Below, one piece after another: positions 8,439 to 18,686 of a DNA stretch of 47,840 nt. Source of the stretch: an uncultured Flavobacterium sp. (lineage in GTDB: Bacteria > Bacteroidota > Bacteroidia > Flavobacteriales > Flavobacteriaceae); assembly GCA_964612955.1 (NCBI GenBank), contig CAZTGF010000001.1, positions 1 through 47,840 of the forward strand, read 5' to 3'. Position numbers and translations under genes: made by a program. Positions within the stretch are counted from its first letter, which is position 1. Each line of letters starts with the position of its first letter. Below the pieces are notes generated by a model. The model ran no database searches, was not told the origin of the DNA, and worked only from the letters and a program-made list of their open reading frames with translations.

Positions 8439-8912
8439 ATGAGCGTCAGAGAAACTCTTCTTGAAAAATTTGCGATGCATTTTGAGCGTCTTTACAATTT
8501 GCCCCCATTGGCGGGCCGAATTTTAAGCGAACTGATTCTTGGGGGGCACAACCAGCCACTTACGTTTGACCAAATTCTCGAGCGCACACAAGCCAGTAAA
8601 AGTTCCGTTTCTACGAGCCTGAAATTGTTGCTCAGGCAGAAACGCATCACTTACGCGTGTCAGGACGGTCAGCGCCGCAAATATTTTAAACCTGTACCCT
8701 TTAGCGAACGCCTCGATTTTTACGAGCAACTCCTGCAATCCGAGCGCACGCTGCTGAATCTTCTTATGCAACACCGCGAACAACGGGGCGAAATGCTGCC
8801 GAGTTGCCAATTGCGCGAAAATGCGTACCGGGAGCACATCGACGGCCTCGAATCGGTATTTAAACGAACCATTGCCAAACTCAAACAAATAGAAAAAGAA
8901 ACAAAACTTTGA
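8439..8912 (+). CDS. GbsR/MarR-family transcriptional regulator
   Basis: LPPLAGRILSELIL, LTFDQILERTQASKSSVSTSLKLL (wHTH) and RRKYF. Confidence 0.85.
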   Translation: MSVRETLLEKFAMHFERLYNLPPLAGRILSELILGGHNQPLTFDQILERTQASKSSVSTSLKLLLRQKRITYACQDGQRRKYFKPVPFSERLDFYEQLLQSERTLLNLLMQHREQRGEMLPSCQLRENAYREHIDGLESVFKRTIAKLKQIEKETKL

Positions 8913-8919
8913 TTAACTC

Positions 8920-10020
8920 ATGAAATTCTACAAATCCGTATTCGCCGGCACAATGGGTGTTTTATTGTTAGCCGCCTGTGCCAAAGAGCAACCTGCCGCA
9001 CCGCCGTCGGGCCCGATGCCTTTTCCGGTAACCGAACTTGAACTGCAGCAGGTGACCATTTCGGACGAATATACCGCAAAACTCGAAGGTCGTCAGAATG
9101 TGGAGATCCGGCCTAAGGTTTCGGGTTTCATTTCCCAAACATTTGTAGATGAAGGTCAATACGTTCGCAAAGGACAACTTTTGTTCCAACTGGAAACCAA
9201 TACAATGAACCAGGAAGCGGCGGCAGCCAAAGCAAACGTCACGGCGGCGAAGGTTGAGGTGCAACGTTTGGAACCGCTTGTATCCCGCGGCATTATTTCA
9301 AATGTGCAACTCGAAACGGCCAAAGCGCGTCTGGCCCAGGCCGAGCGTTCGTACGGCAGCGTGGCGGCGAATATTTCCTATGCGCGCATCACATCTCCTG
9401 TGGACGGATTTATAGGAAGTTTGCCTTACAAAACCGGATCTCTGGTGGGACCGACGAATCCAGAGCCGATGACAACTGTTTCGGACACTCGTAGTATGCG
9501 CGCTTACTTTACGCTGAACGAACGTCAAATGATCGCTTTCAGTAAAAACATCGAAGGCGGAACACTGGCCGAAAAGATTAAAAATTCGCCAAAAGTGCAA
9601 TTGATTCTGGCCGATGGTTCAACTTACTCGCATACAGGAGAAATTGCGACAATCAACGGACAAGTGGACGATGCCACAGGTGGAACGCGCTTCCGTGCCG
9701 ATTTCCCGAATCCCGAGGCAATTTTGAGAAGCGGCGGAACAGCATCGGTCGTTATCCCGAACGTGATCGAACAGGCGTTGGCCGTGCCACAGAACGCGGT
9801 CCTTGACATGCAGGGAAAACAAATCGCGTACGTAGTCGACGCAAAAAATAAAGTCTCGGCCCGAAATATTACGACGAGCGGCGTCTCAGGAAAACTGTTT
9901 ATCGTATCGGACGGACTTAAAGCCGGAGAACGCATCGTTGTTGAAGGCGTTTCAAAACTGCGCGACGGTATGGAAATCATCCCAGAAGACGCGTCCAAAG
10001 CCCAAGCTGCAAACAAATAA
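8920..10020 (+). CDS. RND efflux periplasmic adaptor (MFP) lipoprotein
   Basis: Lipobox LAAC. VEIRPKVSGFI..VDEGQYVRKGQLLF, ITSPVDG and GLKAGERIVVEG. Confidence 0.93.
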   Translation: MKFYKSVFAGTMGVLLLAACAKEQPAAPPSGPMPFPVTELELQQVTISDEYTAKLEGRQNVEIRPKVSGFISQTFVDEGQYVRKGQLLFQLETNTMNQEAAAAKANVTAAKVEVQRLEPLVSRGIISNVQLETAKARLAQAERSYGSVAANISYARITSPVDGFIGSLPYKTGSLVGPTNPEPMTTVSDTRSMRAYFTLNERQMIAFSKNIEGGTLAEKIKNSPKVQLILADGSTYSHTGEIATINGQVDDATGGTRFRADFPNPEAILRSGGTASVVIPNVIEQALAVPQNAVLDMQGKQIAYVVDAKNKVSARNITTSGVSGKLFIVSDGLKAGERIVVEGVSKLRDGMEIIPEDASKAQAANK

Positions 10021-10032
10021 TCCCACAGTTCT

Positions 10033-13000
10033 ATGTTCAAGATATTTATTGAAAGACCCGTACTTTCGACGGTCATTTCTATTCTGATTACGATTTTAGG
10101 CGTGTTGGGACTTATGTCGCTTCCCGTTGAGCAATATCCCGAAATTGCGCCGCCAACCGTTCAGGTAAACGCAACTTACACGGGTGCGAATGCCGAAACC
10201 GTACTAAACAGCGTGGTTATTCCGCTCGAAGAGGAGATCAACGGTGTGGAAGGAATGACGTACATGACTTCTTCGGCTTCTAACGACGGACAAGCTAAAA
10301 TCAACGTGTTTTTTGAATTAGGCGTGGATCCCGACATTGCATCGGTAAACGTCCAGAACCGCGTGGCACGCGCGACGAGCAAATTGCCCCAGGTCGTTGT
10401 GCAAACCGGTGTTACGACGTTCAAGAGCCAGACAAGTGCGTTGATGTTTATGACGCTTTATTCCGAAAACGAGGAATACGACGGCACATTCCTGCAGAAT
10501 TACGCTAAAATTAACCTTGTCCCGAAGCTGCAGCGCGTAAAAGGCGTCGGTCAGGTGAACGTTTTCGGTTCGCGCGATTATTCGATGCGTATCTGGATCG
10601 ATCCGGCTAAAATGGCGGCCTATAAGATTTCGCCCAGAGATGTTCAGGCTGCGCTTCAGGAGCAAAACGTAGAGGCGGCACCCGGAAAAATCGGGGAAAA
10701 TGCAGACGGTGTTTACGAATACGTGATCAAGTACAAAGGCCGGCTTTCTGCTGTCGAAGAGTATGAAGATGTTGTCGTAAAGGCCGATGGAAACGGAAAT
10801 TTCGTGCGTTTGCGCGATGTCGCCACAGTAGAACTCGGCGCGTTTAACTACGGCGCGAGAAACTACGGTATGGGCAAACAAGGAGTCGCGATGGGCGTGT
10901 TTCAAACCTCTGGCTCAAACGCAAAAGATATCATCGACGAGGCGCTCCTCATTATGGAAGAAGCCTCTCAGGATTTTCCGAAAGGCGTAAAATACATTGT
11001 TCCGTTTAACTCAAGTACGTTTCTGGACGCGTCGATTGACAAAGTAATCACCACGCTGATTGAAGCGTTTTTGCTCGTCTTCCTCGTCGTGTTTATTTTC
11101 CTTCAGGATTTCCGGTCCACGCTGATTCCGGCGATTGCGGTCCCGGTGGCGATTGTGGGAACATTCTTCTTTTTGAACGTTTTCGGATTTTCGATAAACA
11201 TGTTGACGCTGTTTGCGCTCGTGCTCGCGATTGGAATTGTGGTAGATGACGCGATTGTCGTCGTAGAGGCGGTGCACGCCAAATTGGATCAGGGCGAAAA
11301 ATCGGCTAAAGTTGCGACGTTATCGGCCATGAGCGAAATCACGGGTGCAATTATTTCAATCACGCTCGTCATGTCCGCCGTATTCGTGCCGGTGTCGTTC
11401 CTTAAAGGACCATCGGGCGTATTTTACCAACAGTTTGCGCTTACACTGGCCGTTGCAATTCTTATTTCGGCCGTGAACGCATTAACACTTAGTCCGGCGC
11501 TTTGTGCGCTATTCCTGAAGCCGCACGACGGCAAATCGCACAAGAAAAAATCTTTCAAGGACCGCTTTTTCATCGCGTTCAATACCTCATTCGACCGTAT
11601 GAATCAGCGTTACGTGAAGTCGCTTCAGTTTTTGACAGCCAAAAAATGGGTCACGATCATCGGGCTTTTACTCGTATCGCTTATTGCCGTTTACTGGTTT
11701 AAAACAACGCCGACCGGATTTATTCCGAACGAAGACCGCGGAATGATCATGGTCGATATTACAATGCCGCCCGGAACCACGATGGAGCAAACGCAAAAAA
11801 CCATAGACGAGTTCGATGCGATGTTGCAAACCATGCCACTCGTTGAGGCGCGGATGAGCGTAGTTGGATTCAGTTTGCTCAACGGGGTGAACGGAGGATC
11901 GTACGGTTTTGGTATCATAAAACTCAAAGACTGGGAACACCGCACCGAAAAGCATCAGTCAGTAGACGCGGTTATCGGGGAGCTTTTTGCCCGGTCGGCC
12001 CAGTTTAAGGACGCGCGCATGTTGTTTTTTACGCCGCCGAGCGTTCAGGGTTTTGGTACGGCCGATGGTTTCGAACTAAAACTTCAGGACAAAGGCGATG
12101 ATTCGTGGATCCGCGTAAGTGAAGTGTCAAATGAGTTTCTTGCAGCGTTGAATCAACGTCCCGAAATTCAGTACGCGATGACGAACTTCAATCCGAATTT
12201 CCCTCAGTACCGAATGGATATTAACGTGGAGAAAATCAAGGACGCCGGTCTTACCGTTTCGGACATTTTCAACACGATGCAGGGTTACTACGGCGGATTG
12301 TACACGACCGATTTTAACCGGTTCGGAAAGCAGTTTCGCGTCATGATTCAGGCCAAACCCGAATCGCGTGCCGACGAGAATTCGCTCAACGAAATTTACA
12401 TTCAGAACGCAGCAGGCTCTCAGGTCGCGATCAGCCAATTTATTACATTAACGCGTATTTACGGTCCGGAGTCAGTGGCGCGGTTCAACCTGCTCAAGGC
12501 AATTAACGTCAACGGAAAAGCGAATCCGGGTTATAGTTCGGGGGATGCGATTAAAGCGGTTCAGGAAGTTGCTCAGACGCATTTGCCGGCTACTTACGAT
12601 TACGAATTCTCCGGTATGACGCGCGAAGAGATTCTCGCCGGAAACCAGGCTGCCATAATCTTTTTGCTCAGTTTGGTGTTTGTTTACTTCTTACTCGCCG
12701 CCCAGTACGAGAGTTACCTCATTCCGCTTTCGGTAATTCTGTCCCTGCCCGTGGGGATTGCCGGTGCGATCGGATTTGTGAAACTCGCCGGACTCGAAAA
12801 CAACATTTATTTTCAGGTAGCGCTTATCATGCTCATCGGGCTTCTGGCCAAGAACGCGATTCTTATCGTTGAGTTTGCGTTGCAGCGGCGCCGAATGGGA
12901 ATGCCGATAGCCAAAGCCGCGATTGAAGGAGCCAAGGCACGTCTTCGCCCGATTCTGATGACCTCGCTTGCGTTTATCTTCGGTTTGTTGCCGCTGGCAC

Positions 13001-13176
13001 TTTCTACCGGGGTGGGCGCGGTGGGCAACCGTTCTATTGGTATTGGTGCTGTGGGCGGAATGCTGATCGGAACCATACTCGGTGTGTTTGTAATTCCCGT
13101 ATTATTTGTGATTTTCGAGACGATGCAGGAAAAAATTTCCGGAAAACGTCCGACGTCTAAAAACGACCTATTGTAA
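10033..13176 (+). CDS. RND efflux permease (HAE1/AcrB family)
   Basis: FIERPV, QYPEIAPPTV, IGIVVDDAIVVVE, GLLAKNAILIVEF and RLRPILMTS. 1047 aa. Confidence 0.96.
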   Translation: MFKIFIERPVLSTVISILITILGVLGLMSLPVEQYPEIAPPTVQVNATYTGANAETVLNSVVIPLEEEINGVEGMTYMTSSASNDGQAKINVFFELGVDPDIASVNVQNRVARATSKLPQVVVQTGVTTFKSQTSALMFMTLYSENEEYDGTFLQNYAKINLVPKLQRVKGVGQVNVFGSRDYSMRIWIDPAKMAAYKISPRDVQAALQEQNVEAAPGKIGENADGVYEYVIKYKGRLSAVEEYEDVVVKADGNGNFVRLRDVATVELGAFNYGARNYGMGKQGVAMGVFQTSGSNAKDIIDEALLIMEEASQDFPKGVKYIVPFNSSTFLDASIDKVITTLIEAFLLVFLVVFIFLQDFRSTLIPAIAVPVAIVGTFFFLNVFGFSINMLTLFALVLAIGIVVDDAIVVVEAVHAKLDQGEKSAKVATLSAMSEITGAIISITLVMSAVFVPVSFLKGPSGVFYQQFALTLAVAILISAVNALTLSPALCALFLKPHDGKSHKKKSFKDRFFIAFNTSFDRMNQRYVKSLQFLTAKKWVTIIGLLLVSLIAVYWFKTTPTGFIPNEDRGMIMVDITMPPGTTMEQTQKTIDEFDAMLQTMPLVEARMSVVGFSLLNGVNGGSYGFGIIKLKDWEHRTEKHQSVDAVIGELFARSAQFKDARMLFFTPPSVQGFGTADGFELKLQDKGDDSWIRVSEVSNEFLAALNQRPEIQYAMTNFNPNFPQYRMDINVEKIKDAGLTVSDIFNTMQGYYGGLYTTDFNRFGKQFRVMIQAKPESRADENSLNEIYIQNAAGSQVAISQFITLTRIYGPESVARFNLLKAINVNGKANPGYSSGDAIKAVQEVAQTHLPATYDYEFSGMTREEILAGNQAAIIFLLSLVFVYFLLAAQYESYLIPLSVILSLPVGIAGAIGFVKLAGLENNIYFQVALIMLIGLLAKNAILIVEFALQRRRMGMPIAKAAIEGAKARLRPILMTSLAFIFGLLPLALSTGVGAVGNRSIGIGAVGGMLIGTILGVFVIPVLFVIFETMQEKISGKRPTSKNDLL

Positions 13177-14576
13177 TGAAAAAATTTCTAATGAAACCCG
13201 TGTTGCTGGCGGTCGTAGCCGTATTGCTTCAATCTTGTTTCGCCGCAAAAACCTACGAACGGCCAAATGTCGCCTCTGAATTTACATTTCGGGTAGAAGA
13301 CAGCATTGCAGCTGCGAACAGCCTTTCTCTGATGAAGTGGCAGTCCTTGTTTACCGATGCCTTGTTGCAGCAGCACATCAACACCGGAATTAACAGCAAT
13401 CTCGATATGCAAATTGCATTTCAGAACATCGAAGCCGCACGCGCCACGCTAAAACAACGCAGCGCCGCTTTTGCACCGAGTATTTCTCTGGGAGCCGATT
13501 GGACGCATCAGCAACTTTCGCGCAACAGTCAGTTTGGTAGCGTTTTGCCTAACCGCAGCGTGGACCAATACCAACTCGGAGCGAATGTGTCATGGGAAGC
13601 CGATATATGGGGCCGAATCCGCAGCGACAAACGCGCAGCCCAGGCGCAGCTTGATCGCAACGTAGCGGTTCGGCAGGCGGTGCAGACGCAGATTGTCGCC
13701 GGAATTGCGAGTACGTATTTTCAGCTTATGGCGCTCGATGCCCAACTCTCGGTCGTAGAAAAAACGCTTGAGAATCGTGTTCAAAGCGTCGAGGTGATTA
13801 AAGCGCTTAAAGAATCGGGCTATACCAATGAAGTGGGTGTGAAACAAACTGAAGCGCAGTACTACCAGACGCAACTTATCGCCGAAGATTTGAAAAATCA
13901 GATTGTGCTGCTTGAAAACGCGTTGTCGGTGCTTATGGGCCAAAATCCACAGCCGATCGCGAGAAGCCGTTTCGAAGATCAGTCCGTTCAGGCCGATTTG
14001 CAAACCGGAATTCCCGCGGAGCTGCTTCAAAATCGTCCCGATGTACGCGCCGCAGAATGGCAACTTGTCTCTGCGTTTGAGCTTACAAATGTGGCGAGAA
14101 GTCAGTTCTATCCGACGCTTCGTCTGACAGGATCGGGCGGATTTCAGAGTGTTGATCTGAATCAGTGGTTCAGCGCTAACGCGATTTTTGCAAACGTAGT
14201 CACAGGACTTACCCAACCGCTTTTTAACCAGCGTGCGATTCGCTCAAACTACGAGCGCGCTCAGGCCAATCAGGAAATTGCGCTGATTCAGTTCCGCCAG
14301 TCACTACTCGATGCATCCCGGGAAGTTTCCGATGCCATTCAGCAATATCAGAATGAATCGGTTAAACTCGGGATTCGGGCCAAACAACTCGATGCATTGA
14401 GAAAAGCGGCAGATTTTTCGGACGAATTGCTTACCTACGGAATGGTCAACTATCTCGAGGTGCTGACGGCAAAAGATCAGGCACTGAACGCTGAACTAAG
14501 CGCAATAGACAACGCTTACCGCAAATACGACGCTTTAATCTCGCTATACCGCGCACTTGGCGGAGGTTGGGAATAA
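13176..14576 (+). CDS. Outer membrane efflux factor (OprM/NodT/TolC family lipoprotein)
   Basis: Lipobox LQSC. SWEADIWG, LLQNRPDVRAAE and C-terminal LYRALGGGW. Confidence 0.94.
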   Translation: MKKFLMKPVLLAVVAVLLQSCFAAKTYERPNVASEFTFRVEDSIAAANSLSLMKWQSLFTDALLQQHINTGINSNLDMQIAFQNIEAARATLKQRSAAFAPSISLGADWTHQQLSRNSQFGSVLPNRSVDQYQLGANVSWEADIWGRIRSDKRAAQAQLDRNVAVRQAVQTQIVAGIASTYFQLMALDAQLSVVEKTLENRVQSVEVIKALKESGYTNEVGVKQTEAQYYQTQLIAEDLKNQIVLLENALSVLMGQNPQPIARSRFEDQSVQADLQTGIPAELLQNRPDVRAAEWQLVSAFELTNVARSQFYPTLRLTGSGGFQSVDLNQWFSANAIFANVVTGLTQPLFNQRAIRSNYERAQANQEIALIQFRQSLLDASREVSDAIQQYQNESVKLGIRAKQLDALRKAADFSDELLTYGMVNYLEVLTAKDQALNAELSAIDNAYRKYDALISLYRALGGGWE

Positions 14577-15038
14577 TTACGGCTTTAGAATCGTTACCGA
14601 AATACCTGCTGAAACCACATTCGGCAGGTATTCGTGGTTAAATTCGTGGCTCACCGTTAAAATATAGGTGCCGGCCGGCAGATCGATATGGTGGAACAGC
14701 GGTTGTTCAAAATCGCAATAATCGCCAAGACAGTCGCCTTTCGGTTTTTTGTCTTGGTCGTAAAATTCGAGAACGGCGGCGCTGCGCGAAATCATTCCGT
14801 CGGGCAGTTCCATGCGCGCCGTTACGGGAACCTGAGCAAACTGAAAACCATGAGCGTGACGCATCAGAAAATCTATGCGGTGCGGGCCTGCCTCTTCGAT
14901 GTCAAACCTGAATTCGAGCACGCGGTCTTTGGGCCAGCGGTTGTTCTCGAAATCGTTCTCGCGCTCTTTGTAAGCGGTGTCCGACTGACATCCGTATACC
15001 ATAAAAGTAAAAATCAGAAGCGTCACTATTCTTGCCAT
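14577..15038 (-). CDS. GldH-family lipoprotein (probable paralog)
   Basis: Lipobox YGC. F-NNRWPKD-LEFRFDI, PKGDCLGD and LPAGTY-LTVSH..LPNVVSAGISV resemble the GldH pattern. Confidence 0.65.
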   Translation of the reverse strand: MARIVTLLIFTFMVYGCQSDTAYKERENDFENNRWPKDRVLEFRFDIEEAGPHRIDFLMRHAHGFQFAQVPVTARMELPDGMISRSAAVLEFYDQDKKPKGDCLGDYCDFEQPLFHHIDLPAGTYILTVSHEFNHEYLPNVVSAGISVTILKP

Positions 15039-15499
15039 AATTTAAACGGATTTTTTATAAGGTTAGCGTTGTAATATTTGGCCTGACCGGTAACTTCGGC
15101 ACCGAGCCAATCCGGAATTTCGTGATTGTCGTTTTCGTGCTCCAGTTCAATTTCTGCGACGACAAGGCCGAGATTTTCGCCTTCGAACACGTCTATTTCA
15201 AACTCGTGCCGGCCCGCGGGTACAGTGTAGCGCGTTTTTTCGATGACGCCGGGTTCGCACAATTCGAGTAATTTCCGGGCTTCTGCAACGTCGATGGGCT
15301 TTTCCCATTCAAAACGCGAAAGTCCGCTTTGGTTAGATTTTCCTTTTACCGTCAAAAACGCTTCGTCGGCTTGGATTCGGACGCGAACCGTGCGTTCGGG
15401 GTGCGTGTTCAGATAGCCTTGGGCGATGGCTGCTTTACGCGTGGCCAGATCGATGAAGCGGTGGTCGCAGACGAGAAATTTGCGTTCGGTTTCGGTCAT
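15026..15499 (-). CDS. CYTH domain protein (triphosphate tunnel metalloenzyme)
   Basis: ETERKFLV (ExExK), QGYL, VRVR, IEKTRY, EIDVF and AEIEL. Confidence 0.92.
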   Translation of the reverse strand: MTETERKFLVCDHRFIDLATRKAAIAQGYLNTHPERTVRVRIQADEAFLTVKGKSNQSGLSRFEWEKPIDVAEARKLLELCEPGVIEKTRYTVPAGRHEFEIDVFEGENLGLVVAEIELEHENDNHEIPDWLGAEVTGQAKYYNANLIKNPFKLWQE

Positions 15500-15580
15500 T
15501 TTTACGAGCAGATGTGACGCTAATTTACGATTTTAAAAAGCGGATTCGTACTTTTGGTCCGCGATTCTTAACCTCTGATT

Positions 15581-16663
15581 TTGCTTTTAGTTCAAGACCT
15601 CCGGAAAATCATCCACATCGATATGGATGCGTTTTACGCCTCGGTGGAGCAACTCGATTTTCCCGAACTCAGGGGTAAGCCGATTGCTGTCGGCGGTAGT
15701 GAAAAGCGCGGGGTCGTAACGGCGGCGAGTTACGAAGCGCGGAAATTCGGAGTGCGAAGTGCGCTTAGCGGTGCGCTTGCGAGGAAATACTGTCCGGAAC
15801 TCATATTTGTGCCGCTTCGGTTCGATAGGTATCGCGAAGTCTCGGGCCAGATCCGGCGCATTTTTCTCGATTATACCGATCTTGTTGAGCCACTTTCACT
15901 CGATGAGGCTTATCTGGACGTAACGCGAAACAAAAAAGGAATCCCGAGCGCCACATTAATCGCCAAGCAGATCCGGGAGCGGATTTTTAATGAAACGGGA
16001 CTTACTGCGTCGGCCGGCATTTCGATTAATAAATTTGTCGCCAAAATCGCATCGGATTACAATAAACCCAACGGACAAACGACGATCGCACCCGAAAGTG
16101 TGGAAAGTTTTCTGGAATCTCTGTCGATAAAAAAGTTTTATGGCGTAGGAAAAGTTACTCAGGTGCGAATGTATGAACTCGGGATTTTTACGGGCCTTGA
16201 TCTCAAGAATAAATCGCTGGAGTTTCTCGAGAAACACTTTGGGAAATCCGGCGCTTATTACTATGAAGCGGTGCGCGGCATTCACCGATCGGAAGTATCG
16301 CCAGACCGAATCGCAAAATCCGTAGCGGCCGAACATACATTTGACCAAAACCTGACTTCGGAGATTTTTATGGTCGAAAAGCTCGAACACATCGCCGCCC
16401 AGCTTGAACGCCGCCTGAAACGACACAACATAGCCGGAAAAACGGTAACGCTCAAAATCAAATACAGCGACTTTACCCAGCAAACACGCAGCAAAACCCT
16501 GGCGTACTACATTGCCGATAAATCGCTGCTTCTCGATGCTGCACGGGAACTATTGTACCAAGAACGGCCGCGGGATTCCGTGCGCCTGTTGGGCATTTCG
16601 CTGAGCAACCTAAACACGGAAGACAAAAAAGCGTTTGCTGTCCAGCTCAAATTCGAGTTCTAA
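15581..16663 (+). CDS. dinB: DNA polymerase IV
   Basis: IIHIDMDAFYASVE, AASYEARKFG, SLDEAYLD and KIASDYNKPNG. TACTTTTG -7 element at 15549-15556. Confidence 0.97.
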   Translation: MLLVQDLRKIIHIDMDAFYASVEQLDFPELRGKPIAVGGSEKRGVVTAASYEARKFGVRSALSGALARKYCPELIFVPLRFDRYREVSGQIRRIFLDYTDLVEPLSLDEAYLDVTRNKKGIPSATLIAKQIRERIFNETGLTASAGISINKFVAKIASDYNKPNGQTTIAPESVESFLESLSIKKFYGVGKVTQVRMYELGIFTGLDLKNKSLEFLEKHFGKSGAYYYEAVRGIHRSEVSPDRIAKSVAAEHTFDQNLTSEIFMVEKLEHIAAQLERRLKRHNIAGKTVTLKIKYSDFTQQTRSKTLAYYIADKSLLLDAARELLYQERPRDSVRLLGISLSNLNTEDKKAFAVQLKFEF

Positions 16664-18093
16664 GATTCAATCTGGGAAACGCGTAACGTGTTCACCATTC
16701 CTTTGTCGGTAACGGGCATTGCGGCCAAGTTGATCAGAAAGTCGCCTTTTGCTACGAATTCGTGCTCTTGCGCGATTTTATTGATGTCGATTACCGTATC
16801 GTCCGTCGACACAAATTTGTCGTAGTAAAACGAGGTAACGCCCCAGAGCAGGTTTAGCTGCGTAAGAATCCGTCGGTTCGACGTGAATACCAGAATGTGC
16901 GATTGCGGCCTCCAGGCGGAAATCTGGAATGCCGTATAACCACTGTTCGTTAGCGTACAAATCGCTTTGGCCCGAATGGCATTGGCCATACTCGCCGCGT
17001 GGTGGCAAATGGTTTTAGTAATATAGCGTTTGGTCCGGACCTGAGGCGTGTTTTGCGGCACCTGAATCAGCGGAGAATCCTCGACCGCTTCAATGATCTG
17101 AGCCATTTTTTCAATCACCTGGACCGGATAGTTGCCGACTGAAGTTTCGCCCGAAAGCATGACCGCATCGGCCCCGTCCATCACCGAGTTCGCGACGTCG
17201 TTTACCTCGGCCCGGGTGGGCGTAAGGCTCGTGATCATCGTTTCCATCATTTGCGTAGCGATGATTACCGGTACCCTTGCCGTTTTAGCGCGGTTGACGA
17301 GTTTCTTTTGAATCAGCGGAACTTCGTGAGCCGGAACCTCGACGCCCAAATCCCCGCGCGCTACCATGAGGCCGTCGCAGAAAGCCACGATTTTGTCGAT
17401 ATTTTCCACCGCTTCTGGTTTTTCGATCTTTGCGATTATCGGGATCTTGTACGAAGAATGTTCCGAAATCAGGTCTTGTAATTCCTCGAGATCTTTTGGT
17501 GTACGTACAAACGAAAGCGCAATCCAGTCCACTTCTTGTTCAATGGCGAAAAGCGCGTCCCGTTTGTCTTTTTCGGTCAGTGCGGGCAACGAAACACGCG
17601 TATTTGGCAGGTTAACGCCTTTTTTGCTTTTAAGTGGTCCGCCCTGAACGACTCTGGCCACGACTTCGGTGGTTCCATTTGTTTCTACGGCTTCAAAAAT
17701 CAGTTTCCCGTCGTCGAGCAGGATGCGTTCTCCGGGATTTACATCTGCCGGGAAACTCTTGTAATTCATGTATACTCTCTCGGCGGTTCCGGGAATGTCT
17801 TCGGCTGTAGTGAAGGTAATCAGGTCTCCGGGACTCACCACTACGTCTTCCTTCATTACGCCCACGCGCAGTTTCGGGCCTTGCAGGTCGGCGAGAATGG
17901 CCGTGGTGTATCCGAATTCCTCATTCAGGCTGCGAATCAGGGCAATTTTTGACTTTACATCTTCGTAATCGGCGTGCGAAAAATTGATGCGGAAGACATT
18001 GACGCCTGCCTCGATCATGTTCTGGAGCACGTTTCTGCTGCTGCATGCGGGGCCGAGGGTGGCAACGATTTTTGTCTTTTTGGTAATGGGCAT
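16660..18093 (-). CDS. pyk: Pyruvate kinase
   Basis: KTKIVATLGPA, RINFSH, DLQGPKLR, IIAKIEK, MVARGDLGVE and MLSGETSVG. Confidence 0.98.
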   Translation of the reverse strand: MPITKKTKIVATLGPACSSRNVLQNMIEAGVNVFRINFSHADYEDVKSKIALIRSLNEEFGYTTAILADLQGPKLRVGVMKEDVVVSPGDLITFTTAEDIPGTAERVYMNYKSFPADVNPGERILLDDGKLIFEAVETNGTTEVVARVVQGGPLKSKKGVNLPNTRVSLPALTEKDKRDALFAIEQEVDWIALSFVRTPKDLEELQDLISEHSSYKIPIIAKIEKPEAVENIDKIVAFCDGLMVARGDLGVEVPAHEVPLIQKKLVNRAKTARVPVIIATQMMETMITSLTPTRAEVNDVANSVMDGADAVMLSGETSVGNYPVQVIEKMAQIIEAVEDSPLIQVPQNTPQVRTKRYITKTICHHAASMANAIRAKAICTLTNSGYTAFQISAWRPQSHILVFTSNRRILTQLNLLWGVTSFYYDKFVSTDDTVIDINKIAQEHEFVAKGDFLINLAAMPVTDKGMVNTLRVSQIES

Positions 18094-18097
18094 CGGT

Positions 18098-18574
18098 TTA
18101 AAAAATTAAATTGTTTTTTGATTTTATTTGTGACACGTCAACACTGTACGCCGCGGAAATCCATTCGATCTGTTGTAAGTCCGATACGATGGCCGCAGTC
18201 TGCTGAACGCCGTCCTGAAGTTGTAACAGGTAATCCACGCGCTTTAATTCGGGCAACAGAAAATTTTGCGCGCCAAAGCTCACATCGGTCTGACCAAACA
18301 AATCCTCGGAAACATTTGCCGTAGTGACATCGCCCCGGTTCTGGAGCAAACTCCAAAAAGCGCCCGTATTTGTGTCTTCGTAAGTAAAGCGGGACAACAG
18401 CGCAGTGCCGTTGGCGGATTCAATCTCAAAATCCTCTCGTTTGCGCTTAAGCAGAATCTGCAGTTTTTGGTTGATTAAAAAAGCGAGCCGGTAATCTTCT
18501 AAAGCGGTGTGAATGGCAATAAGCTCATAATCTATCTCGTCAAACTCGTCGATGTACAGTTTTAACTTAGCCAT
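18098..18574 (-). CDS. IPExxxVDY family protein
   Basis: LIAIHTALEDYRLAFLIN, LLPELKRVDY and C-terminal KSKNNLIF. ATG at 18574 preferred. Confidence 0.85.
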   Translation of the reverse strand: MAKLKLYIDEFDEIDYELIAIHTALEDYRLAFLINQKLQILLKRKREDFEIESANGTALLSRFTYEDTNTGAFWSLLQNRGDVTTANVSEDLFGQTDVSFGAQNFLLPELKRVDYLLQLQDGVQQTAAIVSDLQQIEWISAAYSVDVSQIKSKNNLIF

Positions 18575-18686
18575 TTCGCGATTCACTCAGGTGTCGTAAA
18601 GATAGTGTATATAACCCGAAATTGCGTCAACAGGCTGCGCTTTGGCATATTTATTAACGCAAACGTTTTCGAAAACCGACAAATAT

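Noticed and set aside
15540-15562. GCGGA-N13-TCCGC around the dinB -7 element as an SOS box
   Set aside because: The arms are only 5 bp with a 13-nt spacer, which does not fit the GGA-N5-TCC motif recalled for Bacteroidota LexA-like repressors. Likely chance.
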